Shown here: positions 33,018-39,896 of the stretch, in pieces
Layout: each line of letters starts with the position of its first letter
Position numbering within the stretch: the first letter of the stretch is position 1
IMG/VR virus record: IMGVR_UViG_3300045185_000022
Source of the DNA: a virus
Direction: 5' to 3' (one strand)
Length of the DNA stretch: 40,353 nt
Position numbers and translations under genes: made by a program
Notes under the pieces: model-generated
Databases searched by the model: none
The model's input: the letters and a program-made list of their open reading frames with translations, nothing else
What the model was told of the DNA's origin: nothing

Positions 33018-33060
33018 CCAGAAGCCCCAGCCATTGCGGTTGGGGCTTCTGGCATTTTCC
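33018..33060 (+). terminator. Strong intrinsic terminator ending the early operon
   Basis: CCAGAAGCCCCA (33018-33029) pairs perfectly with TGGGGCTTCTGG (33041-33052), then CATTTTCC. Confidence 0.8.
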
Positions 33061-33241
33061 AGGCTTGGCGGCATCGGGTGGAACCGGTGGTCGAAGCACA
33101 CGCGAGCGCAGCGTGGCCAAGGAAGCGCGCAACAACCGAACATGTGCACGTGGCCCCGGTGACGCATACGGGGCAAACACCGCTTCACTACCCTTCTCGA
33201 AGCACCTACCCCTCGAGGGGCGCGACTCGACAACGCGCACT

Positions 33242-33309
33242 GTCTCTCAGCACAGGGTGCATGCCGGTCTCCAAAACCGGCCGGCCGGGCTCGATACCTG
33301 GGAGAGGCG
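33242..33309 (+). tRNA. tRNA-like element, possible tRNA-Trp (anticodon CCA) with an abnormally short D-arm
   Basis: Acceptor GTCTCTC/GAGAGGC; anticodon arm CCGGT-CTCCAAA-ACCGG; T-arm CCGGG-CTCGATA-CCTGG. Only 15 nt are available for the D-arm region, no CCA is encoded, and the total is 68 nt. Confidence 0.3.
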
Positions 33310-33514
33310 CAATGATCTGCGATGGGGCTGGAACTCCGGCCCTAGTCTCGGCCGAGCGCGCAGATCAGAAGACCAGGCGATAGCAGACATCCGCGACATC
33401 CTGACGACCTCCCCACTAGGCATAGGGTGCCAAGTGTGGGGTGAGGGTAGCGGCGCACGTAACAGCCCGAGTGGGGCGGCCTGGCACATCTTCCAAGACC
33501 GCAGGGAGCTCAGA

Positions 33515-33745
33515 ATGCAGCGCAAAGAACTACCCGAGCCCGACGAGCACTGGGTGCGGGTCGGCCGTCGAATGTCGCGCTTCCTCTACGCGCTCGGCTA
33601 CGAGACCATGTCGATTTCACCGGCCCGCGAACCGACCACCCCAGACATCACGGTGAACGTGCCAACCAAAGCAGTGTCGGACGAGACTGTCGCCAAGGCA
33701 CTGACCCGCCTCGCCACCGTGCCCGATGGGGCATCAGGCCATTAG
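33515..33745 (+). CDS. Hypothetical protein (76 aa)
   Basis: ATG 6 nt after AGGGAG; MQRKELPEPDEHWVRVGRRMSRFLYALGYE... Confidence 0.55.
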   Translation: MQRKELPEPDEHWVRVGRRMSRFLYALGYETMSISPAREPTTPDITVNVPTKAVSDETVAKALTRLATVPDGASGH

Positions 33746-33821
33746 ACCGCCCCGGCGTCAGGCCGTTGACAGCGCAACCGCCAGTACAGAGCGAGCCGAC
33801 CGGGGCGCCTACACGCACTAC

Positions 33822-34082
33822 ATGTCGCAAGCCTCGGCTATATTCCGAAGCATGAGCCAGCACCTGAACATGTACAACCAGAAGGTTTGCCACGGATGCA
33901 AACCCTGCCAAGGCGGCGGCGCCAACATCGGCCGCACCTGGACCCTCATCGCCATCGGCCTCTGCACCGCAGGCATCGGCCTACTCTTCCTCCCGTTCTT
34001 CAAGAAATGTGTGTACTGCGGGCACAACAGTTGGTGGAACAAACACGCCGGCCCCGTACCGGCGACCCCTACCGGCAACTAG
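33822..34082 (+). CDS. LITAF-like zinc-ribbon membrane protein (86 aa)
   Basis: CHGCKPC, then the hydrophobic TWTLIAIGLCTAGIGLLFLPFF, then KKCVYCGH. The start is uncertain (33726, 33822 or 33852). Confidence 0.5.
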   Translation: MSQASAIFRSMSQHLNMYNQKVCHGCKPCQGGGANIGRTWTLIAIGLCTAGIGLLFLPFFKKCVYCGHNSWWNKHAGPVPATPTGN

Positions 34083-34095
34083 CCCCACCCTCCAC

Positions 34096-34130
34096 AAACC
34101 CCACCCCTCACCCGAGGGCGTGGGGTTTCT
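34096..34130 (+). terminator. Strong stem-loop / terminator
   Basis: AAACCCCAC-CCCTC-accc-GAGGG-c-GTGGGGTTT, then CT. Confidence 0.65.
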
Positions 34131-34149
34131 CCACCCAGGGAGGCACGCG

Positions 34150-34464
34150 ATGGCACGCGAATCCACACGCGAGTTCAAGCGACTCAGAGCAGCATTCAAA
34201 TACGAATGCGCCCAAGCTGACGCCCCATGCTGGATGTGCGGCCTCCCAATCGACTACACCGCAGCGCACGACGCATACTCCAACGACGACAGGTTCGAGC
34301 TCGACCACTACTACCCGGTATCGGCCAGGCCAGAACTACAAGCCGACCGCGCAAACTTCCGCGCCTCGCACGCAGGATGCAACCGACAACGCGGCGACTC
34401 GACCGTCACCTCAACACTCATCGGCACACTCTCACGCGACTGGACAACACCACCGCGCCGCTGA
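34150..34464 (+). CDS. HNH endonuclease (104 aa)
   Basis: CWMCG ... FELDHYYPVS ... NFRASHAGCNRQRG; RBS GGGAGG. Confidence 0.7.
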   Translation: MARESTREFKRLRAAFKYECAQADAPCWMCGLPIDYTAAHDAYSNDDRFELDHYYPVSARPELQADRANFRASHAGCNRQRGDSTVTSTLIGTLSRDWTTPPRR

Positions 34465-34704
34465 CACAGCGACGGTCAGAGCAGTCAACGCGAGCAGCGC
34501 GAACAATCACACAAGCGAGACGCGCAAACGTCACAGCAACGCGCACAACACCCAACAGCATCAAGCCAGCGCGATCACCGACGGCCGCCGGGGGTAGGGG
34601 AGTCTCGCGAATCGAACGAGATCGCCCGGCCCTCACCCCGCCGCCCTTCGGCCGCCGCGCGCTGATGTTTAAGGGGGGGGTCGCGCGCGGATAAGGAGTA
34701 TGCC
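34465..34704 (+). other. Candidate cos / terminase-recognition region
   Basis: ORF-free 240 nt upstream of TerS. Contains a T-depleted tract (about 6 T in 116 nt, 34465-34580) with CGCG(C)A-type repeats, a G8 run at 34673-34680, then TCGCGCGCGG. Confidence 0.4.
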
Positions 34705-35022
34705 ATGTCGCAGTTTCAAAAGTTGTCGGTCGTGGATGCGCTTGAGCGGTCGATCGCGAACGCGACGCATCTCCGCGCCGTGCATTCCGCGCATGTGGCT
34801 GCTGCTCGGGTGCTCGCGAAGCGCATTGACGACCTGAGCGATAACGGTTTCGTTGATGAGAACGGGAAGCTTGACAATGTGTCATTGCCTTCGTTCCTGA
34901 AGTACTTGGATGCGATGGGGATTAGTGCTGATCCTCCGGTGGCAATGAAGGCGGAGAAGACGCCGGCGACGCCGAAGGATCAGATCGCCGCAATGCGCAA
35001 GAAGTTGCAGGGCGCCGGATAG
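34705..35022 (+). CDS. Terminase small subunit (likely)
   Basis: RBS AAGGAG; 105 aa; helical; LPSFLKYLDAMGISADPP resembles P27-type TerS; called also by position. Confidence 0.5.
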   Translation: MSQFQKLSVVDALERSIANATHLRAVHSAHVAAARVLAKRIDDLSDNGFVDENGKLDNVSLPSFLKYLDAMGISADPPVAMKAEKTPATPKDQIAAMRKKLQGAG

Positions 35023-35032
35023 AATTAGAAGC

Positions 35033-35065
35033 GGCCCGAATAAGTGCGCCAACACTTACCGGGCC
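35033..35065 (+). promoter_or_regulatory. GC-clamped stem-loop 33 nt upstream of the HNH/TerL genes
   Basis: GGCCCG pairs with CGGGCC, with an inner AAGTG/CACTT stem. Flanks CGGCCCG and TACCGGGCCTAACC are shared with the 25981 hairpin. Confidence 0.55.
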
Positions 35066-35097
35066 TAACCCAAACCTAAGTGAGTAGGAGGGCTGCG

Positions 35098-35853
35098 ATG
35101 CAGTCTACGCGAACCTGTTCAGTCGATGGATGTGCCGGTGACGTTATCGCGCGCGGGTGGTGCAGCAAGCACTATCAGAAGTGGCGAAAGTACGGCGATC
35201 CGATGGAAGGCCGCGGTCAAGATTTTCGTAAGGCGGTTGATTTCGAGGACGGCACACGTCTTTGCAGTGGGTGCTACGAAAGACAGCCGCTCGAGGTATT
35301 CGACAAGGACCCAGGTGGCACACTTGGCAGAAAGTCTCGGTGCAAGGCTTGTAGGTCGGCTCAGATGAGAGCTTTGTACGCATCGAACCGCGAGGAGAAG
35401 CTTGCATCGGTTCGAGAGTATCGCAATGCGAATCGCGATGTTGTCCGCGAGTCTGACAGTCGTCGTTATGCCAGGCATCGCGAGAAACGAATTGCGCTTG
35501 CCACCGAGAGCGCGCATCTGCGCCGCTCTCGAATCTTGCAGAAAAGTAATGACCGGGGAATATCACGGCATTCACTGCGTAAGAGGCATGGCGATAATTG
35601 TTGCTATTGCGGCAGATCGATGTCTTTTAGGGCTGGCACGCGTGGCGTTTATAACCCTGGGCTGGCGACTATTGAACACATCGTTCCAATCAGCAAGGGC
35701 GGCTCTCACACATGGGGCAACGTGACACTGGCGTGCTGGGAATGCAATATTCGGCGCGGGAACAGGGATGCCCCTGCAACTTCAGGGGGTGCGCATGGCG
35801 GAGCCGACGCATGGCTTCACGGTGCCTCGGATTTGGACGAAGCCGCTTCGTGA
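35098..35853 (+). CDS. HNH endonuclease (terminase-associated)
   Basis: CSVDGC ... ARGWCSKHYQKWRKYGDP in the N-terminus; CCYCG ... ATIEHIVPISKGGSHTWGNVTLACWECNIRRGN in the C-terminus; RBS TAGGAGGG. Confidence 0.8.
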   Translation: MQSTRTCSVDGCAGDVIARGWCSKHYQKWRKYGDPMEGRGQDFRKAVDFEDGTRLCSGCYERQPLEVFDKDPGGTLGRKSRCKACRSAQMRALYASNREEKLASVREYRNANRDVVRESDSRRYARHREKRIALATESAHLRRSRILQKSNDRGISRHSLRKRHGDNCCYCGRSMSFRAGTRGVYNPGLATIEHIVPISKGGSHTWGNVTLACWECNIRRGNRDAPATSGGAHGGADAWLHGASDLDEAAS

Positions 35854-37342
35854 TCTGAACCGTTCGACCTCGCGTGGTTTCGAGGTGATCACGTTCGCCA
35901 AGGATGTTCTCGGCGTGACGTTGTTCCCGTGGCAAGAGTGGCTGCTCATCCACATGCTTGAGCTGAACGAGGACGGCACGCTGCGGTTTCCTCGCGTGCT
36001 GGTCATCGTTGGCCGACAGGCGGGCAAGACGTTGATGGCGGCGGTGCTCGCCGCGTTTTGGCTGTATGTCGATTCCGCGCGGTGGCCTGGGCAGCTTCGC
36101 GAAATGGACTTCACGATTGTTGGGTCTGCGCAGAAGCTCGACATTGCGATGAAGCCTTGGGAGAAGGTGCGCGCTTGGGCGTGCCCTGACGATCCGAAGG
36201 TGGGTGTGTTCCCTGAGCGGGTGCCGCTATTGCAGTCGGTGACGTATCCGCCGCGGATGATGTCGAGCGAGGTGTACATCCGCACGCATGGTGGTGCACG
36301 CTATCTGCCGCGCACGTTCAGCGCTGCTCGTGGCCAGTCTGCGGCTCGGTTGATTCTCGATGAGTTGCGGGAGCAGTACGACTTCACCGGATGGTCAGCG
36401 ATTGAGAAGTCAGCGAATGCGATGTTTGATTCGCAGCTGGTGGCGTTCTCGAATGCTGGGACGGCGAAGTCGAAGGTGCTCGAGTCAGTGCGTTCGATCG
36501 CGCATCAAGGTGTGGATGACCCTGACACGGTGTGGTTTGTGGCGGAGTGGTCGGCGGAGCCGGATGCCGCGCTCGACGATCCGATTGCGTTTGCGCAGGC
36601 GAACCCGTCCGCCGGCTATTTGCCTGGGCAGACGATCCAGGGATTGATTTCGGCTGCTGCTGAGGCACCGGATGAGTCGGTTGAGCGCATCGAGGTACTC
36701 GGTCAGTGGATTACTGCTCAGACGCACCCGCTCATTCCTACTGGCGCGTGGCTCGATTGCACCGATGAGGGGTCGCAGATCATGCCAGGTAGTGAGATGG
36801 CGCTCGCGGTCGATGTCGACTGGGATCGTAAGTATGCGGCCGTAGCGGTTGCAGGCTGGCGGGCTGATGGTCTCCCTCACGTGGAGGCGATCGCGCATCG
36901 GGCCGGGATCATGTGGACGGTGCCGTTTATTCGTGAGGTCGCTGAAGCGCAGGGTATTCGCCGGGTTGCGGTGAGGTCTCGGGGTGCGGCGGCGTCCGAG
37001 CTCGTCGGGCCGCTCCGGGATGCTGGCCTCGAGGTTGTGGAGGTTGCGGGGCCGGCTGATGGTCAAGCGGCTGGGCAGCTTCGTGACGATGTTCTAGCGG
37101 GCAAGGTAAGGCATCGCGGGCAGCAGCCGGTGAATGATGCGTTTGCGGCGTGTGAGCCGTCGACCGTGGGCGGTGTTGAGGTGTTTGAGCGGCGTGGTGC
37201 CGCGCTCTCGACGTCGCCGGGTATCGCCTGCGCGTACGCGCTGTGGGCGTTACGGAATCAGAGCGGCGCTCCGCCGCTATCGGCGTACGAACCGGACGAG
37301 CCGGACGGTGAACCTGGCGTGCCGTGGTGGCGGAAGGGGTGA
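35795..37342 (+). CDS. Terminase large subunit
   Basis: LFPWQEWLLIHM, Walker A VGRQAGKT, LILDELRE. The ATG follows AGGGGG. The start is uncertain (35768, 35795 or 35822). Confidence 0.85.
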   Translation: MAEPTHGFTVPRIWTKPLRDLNRSTSRGFEVITFAKDVLGVTLFPWQEWLLIHMLELNEDGTLRFPRVLVIVGRQAGKTLMAAVLAAFWLYVDSARWPGQLREMDFTIVGSAQKLDIAMKPWEKVRAWACPDDPKVGVFPERVPLLQSVTYPPRMMSSEVYIRTHGGARYLPRTFSAARGQSAARLILDELREQYDFTGWSAIEKSANAMFDSQLVAFSNAGTAKSKVLESVRSIAHQGVDDPDTVWFVAEWSAEPDAALDDPIAFAQANPSAGYLPGQTIQGLISAAAEAPDESVERIEVLGQWITAQTHPLIPTGAWLDCTDEGSQIMPGSEMALAVDVDWDRKYAAVAVAGWRADGLPHVEAIAHRAGIMWTVPFIREVAEAQGIRRVAVRSRGAAASELVGPLRDAGLEVVEVAGPADGQAAGQLRDDVLAGKVRHRGQQPVNDAFAACEPSTVGGVEVFERRGAALSTSPGIACAYALWALRNQSGAPPLSAYEPDEPDGEPGVPWWRKG

Positions 37343-37344
37343 GC

Positions 37345-38793
37345 GTGAACATCATCGAACGATTCGGGCGTATGCTCTCGACTCGCACAGCAGGCAAGAT
37401 TGAGGGAGTCTCGCCGTATGGGCAGCAGCTGCAGCTGGTGTCGTATATGCGCGGTGAGGGCGAAGTTGAGTCGGTCGGCTCATGGCCGGTGGCGCGCCTG
37501 TGGCGTACGCAACCGCATCTGCGCACGGTCGTGGATCTGATCTCGCAGCAGGTCGCTGCGCTCGGCCTTCACGTGTACCGATTCGATGGTGACGGTGGCC
37601 GTGAGCGGGTCCGCGACTCGGCGCTGCAGTCGCTGCTGGAGATGCCGAACCGGGAACAGACCGGCGTCGAGTTCATTTACTCGCTCGTGACGCAGCTGTC
37701 GCTTTATGACGATGCGTTCGTGTACGTCGCATTCAACGGTGACGGAAAGCTGCAGGCTCGGGTTGTGCCCGCGACGTGGGTGACGCTCGAGGTCAACGAG
37801 TCCAAGACCGAGGTGCTCGGCTACATCGTGAACGGTGTCCGGTTGAACCGGAACGACATCGTCCGATTCCCTGGCGGCACGCCGGATGAGCCGACGCAGT
37901 CGGCGTCGCCTGTGGAGACGCTGCGCACGATCCTCGACTCGGAGAACGCGACGCATGCGCGCCGCCGCAACATCCTCACTCGCGGGCCTCGCGTCGGTGG
38001 CGTGATCCAACGCCCGAAGGACGCGCCCCGCTGGACGGATGCGGCCCGTCGCACGTTCGACGAGACGTGGGAAGCGTTCCAGCCGGGCGGGGAACGCGCC
38101 GGTGACGCGGTGCTGCTCGAGGACGGCATGTCGTACACGGCTCCCGAGTTCGATGCGTCCGCGACTGGCTATAAGGACGGTTCCGTGCTGTCGCTGTCGA
38201 CTGTCGCGCAGGTGTTCCATATCCATCCGGCGATCCTCGGCATCTCTGGTGCGGTCGGTTATCAGGGTGTGAAGGAGATCCGGCAGGCGCTCATCGGCGA
38301 CTCGCTCGCGTGGACGTTGAAGCGTATCGAGGCACGGTTCACGCAGGTGTTCCTGCAGCTCGTTGGAGAGACCGGCATGTACGTCGAGTTCAATCGTGAG
38401 GCGCGCCTGCAGGGGTCGTTCGAGGAGCAGGCTGTGATCATCCGCCAGTCGGTCGGCGCTCCGTTCATGACCGTGAATGAGGCGCGGGCGATGCGGAACA
38501 TGCCCGCGGTCGACGGCGGTGACGAACTCATCGTGCCGCTGAATGTCACGACCGAGGGTGGTTCGAACCGCTCCCCGGAGGATGACACCGCGCAGCAGGA
38601 CGGCATGAAGCACCTCATTGACGGCGTCGTCTCACGGGCACGGAATGCGATCACCGCGAAGCGGGGTGCTGGCGACACCAGCATCGATTGGGCGCGCTGG
38701 ACTCGCGAGCTTCTCGAGGATGCCGCCAAGTCGGGGGTCGAACTCGACGATGCCGCGATCGGTCGCGCGCTCGCGGAGATCGGGAGGCTGTGA
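37345..38793 (+). CDS. Portal protein (HK97 family)
   Basis: GTG after GGAAGGGG; 482 aa between TerL and the protease; RTVVDLISQQVAALGLHVY ... NGVRLNRNDIVRF. Confidence 0.85.
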   Translation: MNIIERFGRMLSTRTAGKIEGVSPYGQQLQLVSYMRGEGEVESVGSWPVARLWRTQPHLRTVVDLISQQVAALGLHVYRFDGDGGRERVRDSALQSLLEMPNREQTGVEFIYSLVTQLSLYDDAFVYVAFNGDGKLQARVVPATWVTLEVNESKTEVLGYIVNGVRLNRNDIVRFPGGTPDEPTQSASPVETLRTILDSENATHARRRNILTRGPRVGGVIQRPKDAPRWTDAARRTFDETWEAFQPGGERAGDAVLLEDGMSYTAPEFDASATGYKDGSVLSLSTVAQVFHIHPAILGISGAVGYQGVKEIRQALIGDSLAWTLKRIEARFTQVFLQLVGETGMYVEFNREARLQGSFEEQAVIIRQSVGAPFMTVNEARAMRNMPAVDGGDELIVPLNVTTEGGSNRSPEDDTAQQDGMKHLIDGVVSRARNAITAKRGAGDTSIDWARWTRELLEDAAKSGVELDDAAIGRALAEIGRL

Positions 38794-39896
38794 TGCAGGT
38801 AACTGTCGTGATGGGGCCGCCGGGTGCCGGGAAGTCCACGTATGTGCAGGAGCAGCGGAAGCCGGGCGACGCGGTCGTCGACTTCGATGTACTCGCGCAG
38901 GCGCTCGGCTCGCAGACAGCGCATGATGCGCCGCCGGCGGTCGCGAAGCTGACGTTCGCGGCCCGACAGGCGGCGATCGCGCGGGCACTCGACGGCCTGT
39001 CTGGTGCTGATGACGAGCTCCCGGCGGACGTGTGGGTTATCGCCTGGGATCTGAGCGAGGAAACCTACAAGCGCTGGGAGGGCCTCGGCGCCAACTTCGT
39101 GCTGCTCGATCCCGGTGAAGAAACCGTCATGGAGCGGCTCCGGGCTGAGGGGCGACCTCAATCATCCATCGATGCTGCGACCGACTGGTACGCGCGGCGA
39201 GCGAAAGGGCAGAGCATGCTGAAGTACAAGAGCGCCGCGATCGATCTCGGCGCTGCAGAGATCGACGACGGCCAGTTCATCGGCTACGCCTCGGTGTTCG
39301 GGAACGTGGACTCGTACGGCGATGTCGTCGTGAAGGGCGCGTTCGCCGAATCCCTCGCGGAGCACGGCGAGCAGGGCGCAGGCATCCCCTGCTATTGGTC
39401 GCACCGCATGGACGACCCGACGATGAACATCGGCTCCACAGTGTCGGCGATCGAGGACGAGCACGGACTCAAGGTGACCGTGCAGCTCGACACCGAGTCC
39501 GCCACGGGCGCATACGTGCACCGGCTGATCAAACAGGGCCGCGTGAAGCAGATGAGTTTCGCGTACGACATTCTCGACGCGGCCGAGGTCAAGGTCGACG
39601 GCGAGTGGGCGTACGAGCTGCGAAAGCTCAGGATTCACGAGGTGTCGGTCGTGCCGGTTGGCGCGAACCAGGCTACTGAACTGCTCGCCGTGAAGCGCGG
39701 CGAGCCCAAGACTTCCGTCGAACCGGCGGGGGATGACGAGCAAGACGACGTCGAGGAGCCCGCGGAGGAGCCGAACTCGGAGGAACCGGAAACGGTCAAC
39801 GAGGAAGCCAACGCCGAGGCCAAGGCGAAGCGCGCTCGCGCACTCATCAAGATCGCCCTCACATCGGGGGCAACGAACCGAAAGGATTCGGAATGA
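38793..39896 (+). CDS. P-loop NTPase/kinase-like domain fused in frame to an HK97-type (S78/U35) prohead protease with a charged C-terminal tail
   Basis: The ATG overlaps the portal stop. GPPGAGKST and VWVIAWD lie in aa 1-140. The protease part has GYASVFGNVDSYGDVVVKGAF, CYWSHRMDDP, QMSFAYD and HEVSVVPVGANQA. An alternative internal start is at 39216. Confidence 0.75.
   Translation: MQVTVVMGPPGAGKSTYVQEQRKPGDAVVDFDVLAQALGSQTAHDAPPAVAKLTFAARQAAIARALDGLSGADDELPADVWVIAWDLSEETYKRWEGLGANFVLLDPGEETVMERLRAEGRPQSSIDAATDWYARRAKGQSMLKYKSAAIDLGAAEIDDGQFIGYASVFGNVDSYGDVVVKGAFAESLAEHGEQGAGIPCYWSHRMDDPTMNIGSTVSAIEDEHGLKVTVQLDTESATGAYVHRLIKQGRVKQMSFAYDILDAAEVKVDGEWAYELRKLRIHEVSVVPVGANQATELLAVKRGEPKTSVEPAGDDEQDDVEEPAEEPNSEEPETVNEEANAEAKAKRARALIKIALTSGATNRKDSE

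Noticed and set aside
33008-33514. N-terminal 169-codon extension of the 33515-33745 gene (track ORF 33008-33745)
   Set aside because: - It would read through the strong terminator hairpin.
- It is Arg/Ser/Gly/Trp-rich and contains rare ATA, CTA, AGA and AGG codons.
- The region has no in-frame ATG with an RBS.
- ATG 33515 has an AGGGAG RBS.
34227-34694. 155-aa ORF across the candidate cos region
   Set aside because: It has an extreme Arg/Thr/Pro composition that comes from the T-depleted tract, and it overlaps the HNH gene out of frame. It has no RBS.
37480-38613. 377-aa minus-strand ORF inside the portal gene
   Set aside because: It is an antisense artefact rich in Arg, His and Leu. The portal frame fits the operon.
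38688-38792. Upstream start (38688) for the P-loop/protease ORF
   Set aside because: The 35 extra residues are Arg-rich and overlap the portal 3' end. ATG 38793 overlaps the portal stop in the usual coupled arrangement.
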